A stretch of DNA of 63,419 nt from positions 1-63,419 of the forward strand of contig JALGPX010000069.1 in NCBI GenBank assembly GCA_023515795.1, written 5' to 3'. The number at the start of each line of letters is the position of its first letter. Within the stretch, counting starts at the first letter, position 1. Below are positions 45,932 through 57,819 of this stretch, piece by piece. The notes beneath the pieces are model-generated. The model did no database searches, was not told the origin of the DNA, and was given only the letters and a program-made list of their open reading frames with translations. Source of the DNA: Amoeboaphelidium occidentale. Lineage: Eukaryota. A program made the translations under genes and the position numbers.

Positions 45932-46780
45932 ATGATATTGCGATTGCGGGGAGATGAAAGTTTTAAAGAATCATTGAACTTCAAGCCTTCGGCTGATACT
46001 CGCGCTAGACAGCTGGCCACTGTATTTGAGGGTTATCACGGCAAATTCCATTTATTCAAACCAGAAATTCTGAAACCTTTCAATAAGAAGAGTATCGTAG
46101 TCTGGGAATGCGACTATATTGGTGTTCATGATTTTTTTGTGCAGCTGTTCCGGCGAAGCGATAAAGAACCTCTGATATATGGAATAATCGGCAACTACAT
46201 TCTCTATCTGAAGAAGCAACTGAAAAAATACTGTAAAGCTGATGTTTTAATACTTAAATGTCATCCTAAAATATTTCGAGTTTCAATGTATGCTGAAGGG
46301 TTATGGCTTTCCAAAAGACAAAAGATTGATTATGCGATTGCCTTGTCTCACAGGAACAGTGTCGTATTATCAGTTATCGGAGGGGCTTATGCATCAATTG
46401 GCAAACAATCCCGGAAACACGCTAAAAAAGCTGCTTGGTTGGCTCAGGAGCAGATTCGAATATGGTCTGCGGTAGGAGATGATCTTCAAGTTACGAAATA
46501 TAGGCTTTACCTAGCTGAGTGCTACATACGCATGGGATCCATCGACAAGGCAGTTAGCATTACTGAACAAGTTCGCAAGTCCATCCNNNNNNNNNNNNNN
46601 NNNNNNNATCATCAAGTTACGAAATATAGGCTTTATCTAGCTGAGTGCTACATACGCATGGGATCCATCGACAAGGCAGTTAGCATTACTGAACAAGTTC
46701 GCAAGTCCATCCCAGCGTATTCTGATCTGAAACAGACATGGCTATTCATACTAGACGCTTTGAAGAAGAACTCCAGATAA
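45932..46780 (+). CDS. Hypothetical protein, DUF4807-like
   Basis: LSVIGGAYASIG...GDDLQVTKYRLYLA resembles DUF4807 from memory. The C-terminal repeat across the N gap is an assembly overlap. Confidence 0.45.
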   Translation: MILRLRGDESFKESLNFKPSADTRARQLATVFEGYHGKFHLFKPEILKPFNKKSIVVWECDYIGVHDFFVQLFRRSDKEPLIYGIIGNYILYLKKQLKKYCKADVLILKCHPKIFRVSMYAEGLWLSKRQKIDYAIALSHRNSVVLSVIGGAYASIGKQSRKHAKKAAWLAQEQIRIWSAVGDDLQVTKYRLYLAECYIRMGSIDKAVSITEQVRKSIXXXXXXXXHQVTKYRLYLAECYIRMGSIDKAVSITEQVRKSIPAYSDLKQTWLFILDALKKNSR

Positions 46781-46794
46781 ATTGTTTATTATCA

Positions 46795-47953
46795 TTAAAC
46801 ATTGATGACACGGCTGAGCTTCTGAATGCGGTTCAATAATAGATCACCTTGTTTAATTACAGACTGATACTGCGCATTCTTTGTGTCTGGTCTGTTTGTT
46901 TCAACAATATTCGAAACTTTATCAATTACACAATGCAGTCTTCCGGCAGCAATAAACTTACACAAATCCTTGTCCAAATACTCTTCGGTGACGCCAAACT
47001 GCTTGGACATTGACTCCAAAGTAACACTTCTGTAAGATTCCAATAATTGCGCATAAGCTCGGATTCTCATCTCTCTTACATACCAAGCATAGTGAGCATT
47101 CAAATATCTTAAATTAGAACAACTTTAAATGGAATGCTTACCTGTCTCCCTTCATGATACTCTCAACTGAGGCCAAGTTTTGAAAGAATGTTCCATACTC
47201 GCAATTGTACAAAGAGTTAACAAATGATTCCATATGAGGAATTTGATGAATGACTTCCAAAACTTCTGGCGACTCGATGATCTTCTTCTTAAGTTCATCT
47301 CTGGGCAACACCAAAACAGCAGTTAAAGCAACGTACTTCACAAAGTCCTTGTACTCCATCAACTCAGTACAGGTGAACGTAGCCAAACCATCAATAAGCA
47401 AAGGTGTGGCTGTTTTAAAATCTCTGATACTCAACAAGGAAACGCCTTCGTAAACTTTCAAACGGTTCCTTCTGTCCCAGTCGCCGCCCTCTTCGATCAA
47501 GGATTTTGCCTTCTCAGTCTGTCTCTTAACAATTTCCCAGTCTTCGAAGAACAGGCCAAGTCTGAACTGCGCAAAACATAAATCCAACTTTGCGCCGCTT
47601 CCTACAGCCTTTTCAGCTGCCTGCCTGAAAGCGCTCAAGGCCTTCTCTTTGTCTCCAATCTTTGCCAAATACTCAGCAGTCTGAACCAAAGCATCCTGAA
47701 CTTCTGTCTCGCCAAAGTTCTTTTCTGCGTCTTCGAGCTTTTCCTTAAGTTTTTGTAACTCAGCTTCGTTCTTCTTTGACAGTTCGCTTAGGAGTGATTG
47801 TTCCTTCTTCAAGACACCTTCAGCGCAAAGTTGTTCATAGTACGGAGCCATTTCATTCTTTTTTATTTCCTCTAAAATATCGGCCTCTGCTTTCTTTGGG
47901 TTAATTCCCTTAAGAAGCTCAAACTTTAATTGTGGGAGTTTCATCGAAGCCAT
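46795..47953 (-). CDS. RPN7: 26S proteasome lid subunit Rpn7/PSMD6, 2 exons
   Basis: [46 protein letters not shown]. Confidence 0.96.
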
Positions 47954-47956
47954 TTC

Positions 47957-50900
47957 TCAGTTTATTGAAAACAGCAAGGATTTGCTGAACTGATTCTCTT
48001 CAAACATCTTCTGGGCAATTTTACGTTGCTTATCGCCATTTCTTGATCTTGGTATTTCGTTTTCCTTCAGGAATATTACCATGTGCGGTGATATGCAATG
48101 ATCATCAATCACAGCGTTCACGATAACTGGCAAGCAATTGTTAGCGTCAGATTCTGGATCCAGCAGCTCGATTAGTAGGACCAAACCACCTGCAAATGAG
48201 GAGATGAAAGCAATTGCTCCAAGGATATTCGGATGAACGCGCTCAACTGTATTTTCTATATCTGTTTGAAAGAAATAGTACTTGCGGTCTCCATGTTCCA
48301 ACGCTATTAATTCAGATTGGGTTCCAAGAACAAACAGTAGCTCTCCTTGAACACGCTTAGTTTCTCCGTCTTGGTAAGAATTAATAGTTGATTTGTAGAG
48401 AAAGCCATAAGTTTTTGTGTTCATGAAACCTCCGACATCAAGACCATCAACTTGCATGGTTGCCGTCTCTTCGTCAAACTTGTCTACTAGGCCTGGTGAT
48501 GAAACCCATATTTCACCAAATTCATTGAACAAGCAAAGTTTGTCTGTGCCTGGTCTTACAATTGCAACGTATGCACATGTTGAAACTCTTCCAGAATCTT
48601 GCAGGCGAATGCTGCCCAAAGAGTTTCTTTCCACAACTTTGATCAAACCATTTCTAAGGGATGCCAAATCAAGTGCAAGCACAGTTGCATCATCTGCAAG
48701 GTAACAGCGAGATGACAATAAAGAATGAGCCATTGTTGAAAATGTGCATGAAACAGCGTCAGGATCTAACCTAAATCGATCGTGTAACGCTTTGTTCCTC
48801 TTAATAATCAAAGGCCTGGAGTCAAAGTAAACCATGATACTTCTAAGATTTGACAGTAAAGCTTCTTTGGAATCTGCTGAATGATTTGCTGAAAATATTA
48901 GATCTAGGAGATGTTTTGGAGCGTAAGCATCTTTGACCTTGTACTTGGAGAGAATATCAACAAGAATTCTTGATGAAGACAAAACATGAGCAGCGGAAAT
49001 GACAACAGTAGGACATCCGACAAAAGGACCAAGAGCAACACAATAGAACAACCCAACGCCAGTGTAAGGCTTTGACCAAGAGAAAATTGGTCTTGAAGGA
49101 ATCATGTTACACGTCTCCTTAAATATTGCACACTGAGCAATCAAAGTGTCATGGGTTGCATAAGTCAAAGAAATATCACGATCTGGGGAGACATAAACTT
49201 GAATGACTGCATAGCGGTTTGTTTCGGCCGTCATGAATCTCATAACTTCATCAAACTTTTCATTTTCCAAGTAAGCTTCATCTTGCTTGGCAGCTTTGGT
49301 AACGTTGATGATTGCAACATCACTCAAGCGTTTGATCTTCTTCCACTCGGCTGCAACAGACTTGTGTTTGAGTAAATCTTCACCGTGTTCATTCGTCAAA
49401 ATATGGTGAATATTAAACTTGTTTGAAACGTAAGCTAAAACATTAAGTTGTTCGGTAGCATCGTGCGAGTCAGGTGGTTGTAAAGGTACAACAGTGACCC
49501 CCAAATAGAAACAAGCATAGAATGAATAAATATAATCTAAACTATTGCTAAATACAAGTGCAACTGTGTCTCCCATTTTGAGTCCCTTCTTTGTCAAAAA
49601 TGTCGCAATTTTAAGAATCTTGTGGTTGAACTTTTTGAAAGTAACAGTCTTCATTTCTTTTCCTCTTCCATCAAGAGAAATCAAAGCCATATCATTAGGC
49701 CTTTTGACGCTTCTCCACAAGACAATACGTAACAAAGAATCAAACTGTAGTAGATCCTGATTATTCTGCTTATCAAAGCCGCCTAAACCATGACCTGCAG
49801 CGCCAACATTGTTTCCATCGGCAATCTGCAACATCTCTCTGTCGGAGGCTGAAGCGGACAGTCTGTTCAGATTGGGAATGTTTTGTGGTCTTTCCGAAGT
49901 TGAAATTATATCATTTACAGATTCTTTGACATTGAATAAGACGTGGTACGGATTCAATAATCCGGAATCAAATAGCTTTCTGACTTGTGATATATAAACT
50001 GCTCCATCATAGTCTCTAGGTAATGTTCCTTCTGGACATAAGAGAATGGCGTAAGCTCTTAGCTTCAAATCAGTTTTTAAAGTTTCCTTAATGAAATTCG
50101 CCATGTTTTGAAGTTCTTGTGAAGACAGTTTTGAGACAACTTCCACAATGATAGCAGGAAGTTCTTGATCTCCTAGGACAATTGAGAAAGCGCAACTTCG
50201 AAGTGCATTAGAAAATCTTTGCTTGATTAATTGATTCACATCTGTTGCAAAATAGTAAGAGATTGAGCCATCCTTATTTGTTTGAGTGATCATGTCATCG
50301 ATGGAGCCAAGCAAGAAAAGGCGGTCTCCATAGGCAAATCCAATGCAGCCAGACGGAAAGAAATTTCCTACATCGGATATTCTCTGATACACATGTCTAT
50401 GCGGCGAGAATGTTTTGAACAGGAATCTTTCAGGGTAAATGTCATTCTTCAGATAAATTTCTCCAATCTCCTTGTCTTTGCATATAGTGTTGCCATCCCG
50501 ATTTACGATGCACATATCAGTATTTGGAGAAACCCAGCCACTGTCGGCAAGAACAATATAACCTGGATCTGCCTGTAGAGCCCTTCCTTCTTTTCCAATA
50601 GATACTTTGTTTACGGCTAAACTTTCCAGCGAAACTGATACTTCGATTGGGGGCTTCTCATCATATATATTAGTAATCCTGATACTTCCGAAATCTTGTA
50701 GCGAGGTAACTTGTGACACTTTCATGTTTCCAAAATTAGAATTGTCAGCAATACGCGGCCGTGTAGTTGTTCCGTAATTGTCCACGATAATGAGGCGTGC
50801 AGTGTTCATGGATTCAAATAAACTGCTTAAATCTTTGGTCTGAGTCAAGAACTTGTACGCAGTGTGATCAATGAGCATGACAGTTGGTTTTATCTTTTTC

Positions 50901-53040
50901 AGTAAACCAACGCAGAATGTGCTTGCAAAAAGAGCAGGGCCATTAGTACCGCAAATGTTGACAAATCTACAACCGCTATAAACCGATAAAAAGATTCCAT
51001 TCACAAGACCAGAAGCTTTTCTTGCATCCTTGTGTGAAAACAGGACATCGTTAGAACTGAGGCCATAGAAGTATTTGTTGTACTTGCATTGTTCCATTAT
51101 TGACTCGTGGCTTAGTTCTAGAGCAGTGATTTCTCCAAGACTGGATTTTGAGTATTCTACATAAGCTATTTCATCTTTTGATGGCGGAATGTAATCATAG
51201 ACTCCCATTTTCTTTGAATTGTACATTCCCAAATCATTTACTTTCCAAAATTCTATACCATTGAAGCCAGGCTTTGCTTTGTAGGACAAATCTTTTCTAA
51301 CATTCTTGATCTGAGAATCCGTCGATAGTATGACTTTGATATTGCAATTGGACACGATCAAGTCCATCTCGTCGACCATATTTTCAAACGGAGAAACAGC
51401 AAAGGGAACTGGAATCATTCCTGCAAATAAGCAACCAAAGAATGACACGATGAAATCACAAATTTCGTTCTTTCCGAATAGCAACAAGATTTTGTCGCCT
51501 CTCTTAGCGTGGTCTTTTTCTATGAATAACGAAGCGATTTTCTCTGCTCTTCCAAGAAGCTTTTCGAAAGTAAGATTTGAAACTTCTTTGCCTTTTGAGT
51601 CAAGAGCCACATAAACATGATTCTTGGGACTTTTATGAGTTCTTGATCTGAGTACATCAGTAATCGATGCCAAACTAAGTAATGAAGATGACAATCCCTC
51701 GTTTTCAAATATGATATCAAGAACTCTTCCTGGATGGATTCTTTTCGAGACTGAAGAGCGACCAACTGCTTCAGGAGACGTGGTCACAATCATATCTGGT
51801 AAAGAGCTCTTTTGCATACCAAGCTGGATTAGATTATTCAGTCTCTTAGTGACTGTTCCAAACTTGTCCAAAACTTTCTTTGGTGTTTTCTGGGCTTTCG
51901 CCGCTTGAGTATCTTTGGAAAACTCTGATAAATTGCTATCCGTAGATCCAAAATTGCTTCTATCGCTTGCAGCAATATCTTCGCCTAAGCTATAATTTGA
52001 TCGCATTAAATCATTAAAGCTCATCGATGGCTTCTTTGAATTTCCCAAGCTACCTCTAGCTTCCTTTTGCTTAAGTAAATTTGCGCTTGCTAACTTCTGT
52101 AAGTTGCTAAAAGAATCTATCTTAACTTTTGGCATTTCTTCTATAGCCAACTTACCCAAATCATTACTAGAAACAAATGGTGACTGAGACAATGGAGTTC
52201 CAGGCTCTGGTTCATAAACATTGATTGATAGTTCTTGAGAATTAAGCTCATTGGGTCCATCTGCATCTGAACTTGCTGGCGATAAACTTCTATGCCGGTT
52301 TGGAACAGCAAGGAAGTCAGGATCAACGCTTAAAGATCTGTCATTCAAGAAAATCTTTGAGATCTGTCTTTTCTTGTTACTTTGGTTGCCACCCATAACT
52401 TCTGCACTTCTGAGAACCGCTTCAACTGAAGGTTGATCAATAGAGCTATCCTTATTTGGATCAGCTTCATCATCAGAGTCAGAATGATCAACTTGACTAA
52501 GCTCTTGATCAACACTTTGAGCTTGAGAACCTGCCAAAGATCTCGATTTTCCAAGCCCGACTCTTATGCCTTCCATATCATTAGCCAAAGCGTTCAATGA
52601 TTGTGACTTTGATGAGAGATCACCATTAGAACCTCTAAAGATCTCGGCTGCCTCTGCAACAAGCTGTCTGCTGGTCTCTTTTCTCATCCTCAAAGTCGCT
52701 CGTTCTTTTTTCTTGGGTATTGGCGAGTTTGAATCTGAATCTGAACCATCAAGGGATTTCAATGATGCACTATTGCTGATATTGTTGAAAGGTTTTTCCT
52801 TGTACGAATTCGATATAGGCGCAATAGGTGGTGGAGGGCTAGGGAAATTTTCCATAAGATCTGTCTGTGGTTTGCGTCCGGCTGAAGCAAGGAGTTGAGA
52901 CCTCTTCTTTTCCCATCCTTGTCTTGTGATATCTCCAGCTTCCAATTCCTTATCTAGAAATTTCAGCTTCTACTAGGTAGAGTAGTACCTAAGTTGGCAA
53001 GCTGTTGTGACAAATCAATTGATCCTGGACTGTGAGACAT
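47957..53040 (-). CDS. DIP2: DIP2/Cmr2 family protein (DMAP1-binding domain plus two acyl-AMP ligase-like domains)
   Basis: Exon 1 MSHSPGSIDLSQQLANL spliced to DKELEAGDITRQGWEKKR; two adenylate-forming-like repeats (LDSKGKE...TFEKL and LDGRGKE...TFKKF); GEIWV; IPRSRNGDKQR. Confidence 0.88.
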
Positions 53041-53081
53041 TGGAGTCAAACGATGTTGCCATGCTAAACTGCACAGGTCTA

Positions 53082-53969
53082 TTAATTAGTGATTCCATTC
53101 GAAATGTTCACCACAGCATCTTTCAATTGATCAATGGACTGAACGCTTTCCAATATTTCATTTACGCCTTCAATAAATCTACTCGTGTTCTTCACTTTCT
53201 TCAATCCATGCTGCACTACAGACAAAGGGATCGCACCACTGAATACTGCCTCTTCTTTAGAACTTTTCAAAGTTTCTGGCATATCTTCTTGGCCATTAGC
53301 AACGTCAGCAGCTTCATCGGTCTTGACTTTCAAAATCTCAGCGCCACTCTCAGTGATCTTTTCAGATAAGATTTCTCTGCGCAACAATAACTTTGCCAAG
53401 AACATTAGCTCCATCTTAAAATATGCCAGCCATAGACCTTCATCATCACTGTTAATTCTTAGACCTCTCTGGAAGATGGCACGAGAAGTGACAGCGCCTC
53501 CATGTTCTTCCCACTCGAATTCAGCAGCCATGCGCCAGAATGTAGAATCTCTTGGATGAAACCTTATTGCTTTGGCAAAAACTTTACTCAAGTGCTTATA
53601 AGATCTAGCTTTCTTCGCGAATGAAATATAATCGAGCCATAAGGATTTATCGCCATAGAACTTATTGGTGACGCGATCAAACAGGAAATGCAGTCTCTTA
53701 AGACCTGAGTGGTCAGAGATGGTGCGCGTAGTTGACTTTATGTTGAGCTTCTTCTTTCTCTTCACGCGCAATGATTCCAAAGCAAGTTCGTATTGAATAT
53801 ACTGAAGGTAATCAGATTTAAGAGGAGCGCGTCTTTTTAGTCGATACTCGAAGTCTTGCCTCTTCTTCACGATACTCTTAATTTCTTCGGAAGTGAATAT
53901 CTTCTTTTCCTCCAGGTCCTTTAATTCCGGAACCATAAGTTCCAAATAGTATTGCACGCTTTCTGCCAT
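53082..53969 (-). CDS. UTP6: U3 snoRNA-associated protein 6 (HAT repeats)
   Basis: MAESVQYYLELMVPEL...IVKKRQDFEY; FQRGLRIN...LWLAYFKMEL. Confidence 0.9.
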   Translation of the reverse strand: MAESVQYYLELMVPELKDLEEKKIFTSEEIKSIVKKRQDFEYRLKRRAPLKSDYLQYIQYELALESLRVKRKKKLNIKSTTRTISDHSGLKRLHFLFDRVTNKFYGDKSLWLDYISFAKKARSYKHLSKVFAKAIRFHPRDSTFWRMAAEFEWEEHGGAVTSRAIFQRGLRINSDDEGLWLAYFKMELMFLAKLLLRREILSEKITESGAEILKVKTDEAADVANGQEDMPETLKSSKEEAVFSGAIPLSVVQHGLKKVKNTSRFIEGVNEILESVQSIDQLKDAVVNISNGITN

Positions 53970-54021
53970 TTCGATCAACCAACAAAAAATCAATAATTCT
54001 GGAATAAATTGTCTATTTATC

Positions 54022-56247
54022 TTAGTTGCCATCTATATAACTTTTGAGCTTTTGATACTGAAGTAAATCTCGTTCAGATACTGAGGGGTTGCATCTTTGC
54101 AGAGCTTGTTCAAAATCGTTTGAGCTTATCAGCAAGCTTGAAGCGTCATCCATAAGACTTACATCCACGAGAGCTCTTTTCAATGCAGACATACCTGCTT
54201 CTCTAATAAGAGCTGATAAATCTGCACCACTAAGCCTTTCACATTTCTCTGCGATTTGCGATAACGATACATCTGAGTCCATAGCAATCTTTCGAGATAA
54301 AGTTTTGAGAATTTCCGCACGTTCAGCAACATCAGGTAATTGTACATAGACCAGTTTGTCAAATCTTCCTGGACGAAGCATCGCTCTATCAATAATATCT
54401 GGCCTGTTTGTTGCTGCGATGATATAAACTCTCTTTCTCCCCTCGACACCATCTAGTTCTGTAAGCAATTGATTAACCACTCTTTCTGATGAAGAGTTGT
54501 CAGAATTCATTCCTCTCTTTGGACATAATGCATCCAGTTCGTCAAAGAAAATAACGCAAGGCTCTGATGCTCTTGCTCTAGCAAAAAGCTGTCTAACACC
54601 TCGTTCACTCTCACCAACAAACTTGTTTAGCAGTTCTGGTCCTTTGACTGATAAAAAATTACAATGACTCTCATTAGCAATGGCCTTTGCCAATAATGTT
54701 TTACCACAACCTGGAGGTCCGTAAAGTAATACACCTGAAGGATTCACTATTCCGACTTTAGCAAAGAGCTCAGGGTTCTTTATAGGCTCAACAATCGACA
54801 TTCGAAGCTCTTCTCTAACAGAAGATAACGCACCAATGTCAGACCATGTAACATCTGGAATTGTAGCAAACCCTTCTCTTTTCGCTGATGGTTGCACTTT
54901 CTTCATAGCCTCCACAAAATCGCCCATCTCTATGGCTAAATCTACCAATTGTTCTTCATTCAGCGGATCCTTGTATTTGTTTAAGAATCTTGAGATATTT
55001 GATTCTGCTTTGTTCTGTAAATCGAAAGTTTCCATTTGTGTATCCTCTGCAAGTTTGCCAAATACTCGATTTACTGCAATGACACCAGCAGCTGTAGCTA
55101 ATGAACTCAAATCAGCACCAACATAGCCAGGAGTACATTTCGCGAGTTCTTTAAAATCGAAATCACCAGCAAGTTTCATGTCTTTTGTCATAACTTTAAG
55201 TATCTCCATTCTTGCTTTTTCGTCTGGGATACCCAAACTGATTTCTCGGTCAAAGCGACCTGCTCTTCTCAGAGCACTATCAAGAGCGTCAGGTCTGTTC
55301 GTAGCCCCAATAACAATAACAGTTTTAGACTCTTCCAAATTATAATTGTTTAAATCATCCATGCAAGTTAACAACTGAGCAACAATTCTTCTCTCCATCT
55401 CACGCGCAGCTGTTTCTCTCTTTGGTGTAATAGCATCAATTTCATCGATAAAGATGATGGAAGGTGCAAGTTCTTTGGCCTGTGTGAATATTTCTCTGAG
55501 CCTCTTTTCGGATTCACCAGACATTCCAGAAACCACTTCTGGAGCAGAAATTTGAAGAAATGGGACCTGAAGTTCTCCAGCAACAGCTCTGGCTAACATA
55601 GTCTTACCACAACCCGGCGGGCCGTGTAGAAGCACTCCTCGAGAAGGAGGAATCCGTAAATGTTTGTAAATTTCAGGATGCGTCAATGGAGCTTCAATAA
55701 GCTCACGTATAACGTCTATGTGAGCATCAATACCGCCCAAATCTTCATATTTGACGTTCGGAGGCGTGAAATCGTTGTTTGTCTTCCTCTTCTTCTTCGC
55801 TTGAGTTGGCTGCAGCTCCTTCTTGTTGGCCTCGTCAGATTGCTCATTAGCAGCAACGGATGCAGCTGATTTCTGATATCCTTGTGCCAGTATATTATTC
55901 AAAGAGTTAGAGCCCAAAGGCGCGATTATCTGCGCATCAGAATCATAATCCATTCCATCAATATCAGCAATATCATCAAGCCCTTCTTCTTCGCTGGAAA
56001 CATCCAATTCGTTTTGTATCTTTTGAATACTCTCCTGGACCAGCCTCCTAAGGACGTGTTGCTTCAGTCTTTTGACAGCAAAATCCTTCTCGCAAACGTG
56101 TGCCATCATTAGATCCACGTCCTTCCATGATACTTGATCATCAACTTTCTCTGTCATAAACTTCATAATCGCATTCGTAATTTTGCCATGAACAGGTAAA
56201 GAGTATCTACTGGCTTGTAAATTTCGTTTTCTGTTCCCATTCACCAT
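54022..56247 (-). CDS. RIX7: Ribosome biogenesis AAA ATPase Rix7/NVL
   Basis: Two AAA modules (GPPGCGKT twice), VSGMSGESEK, REMERRIVAQL, QPSAKREGFATIPDVTW. Confidence 0.95.
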   Translation of the reverse strand: MVNGNRKRNLQASRYSLPVHGKITNAIMKFMTEKVDDQVSWKDVDLMMAHVCEKDFAVKRLKQHVLRRLVQESIQKIQNELDVSSEEEGLDDIADIDGMDYDSDAQIIAPLGSNSLNNILAQGYQKSAASVAANEQSDEANKKELQPTQAKKKRKTNNDFTPPNVKYEDLGGIDAHIDVIRELIEAPLTHPEIYKHLRIPPSRGVLLHGPPGCGKTMLARAVAGELQVPFLQISAPEVVSGMSGESEKRLREIFTQAKELAPSIIFIDEIDAITPKRETAAREMERRIVAQLLTCMDDLNNYNLEESKTVIVIGATNRPDALDSALRRAGRFDREISLGIPDEKARMEILKVMTKDMKLAGDFDFKELAKCTPGYVGADLSSLATAAGVIAVNRVFGKLAEDTQMETFDLQNKAESNISRFLNKYKDPLNEEQLVDLAIEMGDFVEAMKKVQPSAKREGFATIPDVTWSDIGALSSVREELRMSIVEPIKNPELFAKVGIVNPSGVLLYGPPGCGKTLLAKAIANESHCNFLSVKGPELLNKFVGESERGVRQLFARARASEPCVIFFDELDALCPKRGMNSDNSSSERVVNQLLTELDGVEGRKRVYIIAATNRPDIIDRAMLRPGRFDKLVYVQLPDVAERAEILKTLSRKIAMDSDVSLSQIAEKCERLSGADLSALIREAGMSALKRALVDVSLMDDASSLLISSNDFEQALQRCNPSVSERDLLQYQKLKSYIDGN

Positions 56248-56268
56248 TTTGAGAGTTTTTGATCAAGA

Positions 56269-57807
56269 ATGTCAAAACGAGACTCGTGGATGTTGGAGCC
56301 TGAAGGAGGCTTTAACTTTCAATTTTCCGGCACATCGAGCGGAAGCAAACGAAGGCGTGAAGGTGGTAATGATGATCGTGCTAAAGATCATTTGGGTGAC
56401 TCTTTCCAGAAGGTCAGCAAGTATGAATTGAATCCACACTTTAAGAATAATGGGAATGGACTACCGGATGCTACAGCAAAAGAGAGTCAAAAGAATGTTC
56501 GAAGCACTTCTAACCCAAAGAAGAATGCATGGACCACAGTTAAAGTGAACCGCTTATTGGAAATGGCGCAGAAGTCCGGAAGATCGGTTGAAGAACTAGC
56601 TATTCAGCAGTATGGCTCATTCGATGAATTCAGGCGTATGGCTGACGAAGCTGGAATATATCTGGGCATTGATAATAGGAAGAAAGCGCAGGGTAAATCT
56701 GTTAGCGTCTCAGAGAAAGTTTCTGTCTTGAAAGGAACACATGCTGCGATTTCTGGTGCTAGCGGAGAAGCCGTCTCAAATTCGGACTTGAATCGTTTGC
56801 AGGCTGACGCGCTGAGGGCTTCGATGAATGGGGATGCAGAATTATCGAAAAAGTTGCAACAGCAGTTTGACGAAGCTCGAGTGAAACAAGAAAAGACTAA
56901 AAGCACGGTTGTTTCATTCAATGACAACGAGGATGACATCACTAATATGCTTCTTAAAGAAAGAACAAGCAAGAGATCTTTTGATGAAGAATATGCAAAG
57001 AAAGTATCCAAAGACTCAAGGTTCGACGATAGTTTGGACTATCTTGACGACAATGCATCGAAATTAGGATCGTCGAAGCAAGGTTCTTCAAAAGCACTAT
57101 TAGGAAAGCAAAGAGAGACACAAGAGTGTTGGTATTGCTTGAATGAAGATGAAGGAATCAAAGTTCCTGTTATCGCTTGTGGTTATCGCGCGTATTTGGG
57201 CATGTTCAAATCCAAAGGAATAGTTTTCGGTCATTCCATAATAGCCCCCATTGAGCATCATAGCAGCATGCTTGAATGTGGAGAGGAAGAATGGACCGAG
57301 ATTAGGAATTTTCAAAAGTCTCTCATAAGAGCTTTTCATTCTATTGGAAAAGGAGTTGTGTTTTACGAAACTAATTTGATAAACAAGAAGTCTAAGAGCA
57401 GGCATGCAATGATAGAATGCGTTCCCATTCCACTGTCACTGTTTGATCAAGCAAAGATGTATTTTAAGAATGCTATAATGTCTTCGGATGACGAGTGGAG
57501 CATGAACAAGAAATTGATCGTTACCAATGAAAAAGGAGGACCCGGAAAGCCATTCTCTAGATCGCTTGTTCCTTCGCTGAGTTATTTCCATGTTTGGTTT
57601 GGTCTTGATGAAGGATATGGTCATCATATAGAGAACGAGGATTTATTCCCGCGAGAGTTTGGTAGAGAAGTGTTGACTGGAATGCTGAATATGGACAAAA
57701 AAGGCAGCAGTAGAAGAGATATCCTAAGCGACGATCAATTGGATGAAGAAAAACGCAAATTTTTGAAATTTTTTAAAGAATACGACTGGACCGTTGCGTT
57801 GGATTAA
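56269..57807 (+). CDS. CWF19L2: CWF19-like protein 2 (CwfJ C-terminal domains)
   Basis: KRDSWM start, CWYC, HAMIECVPIP, DEWSMNKK, YFHVWF, YDWT end. Confidence 0.88.
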   Translation: MSKRDSWMLEPEGGFNFQFSGTSSGSKRRREGGNDDRAKDHLGDSFQKVSKYELNPHFKNNGNGLPDATAKESQKNVRSTSNPKKNAWTTVKVNRLLEMAQKSGRSVEELAIQQYGSFDEFRRMADEAGIYLGIDNRKKAQGKSVSVSEKVSVLKGTHAAISGASGEAVSNSDLNRLQADALRASMNGDAELSKKLQQQFDEARVKQEKTKSTVVSFNDNEDDITNMLLKERTSKRSFDEEYAKKVSKDSRFDDSLDYLDDNASKLGSSKQGSSKALLGKQRETQECWYCLNEDEGIKVPVIACGYRAYLGMFKSKGIVFGHSIIAPIEHHSSMLECGEEEWTEIRNFQKSLIRAFHSIGKGVVFYETNLINKKSKSRHAMIECVPIPLSLFDQAKMYFKNAIMSSDDEWSMNKKLIVTNEKGGPGKPFSRSLVPSLSYFHVWFGLDEGYGHHIENEDLFPREFGREVLTGMLNMDKKGSSRRDILSDDQLDEEKRKFLKFFKEYDWTVALD

Positions 57808-57819
57808 CAACACTTTCAA

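Noticed and set aside
46490..46712. Internal repeat in the DUF4807-like protein
   Set aside because: It is a near-exact repeat on both sides of an N run, so an assembly overlap.
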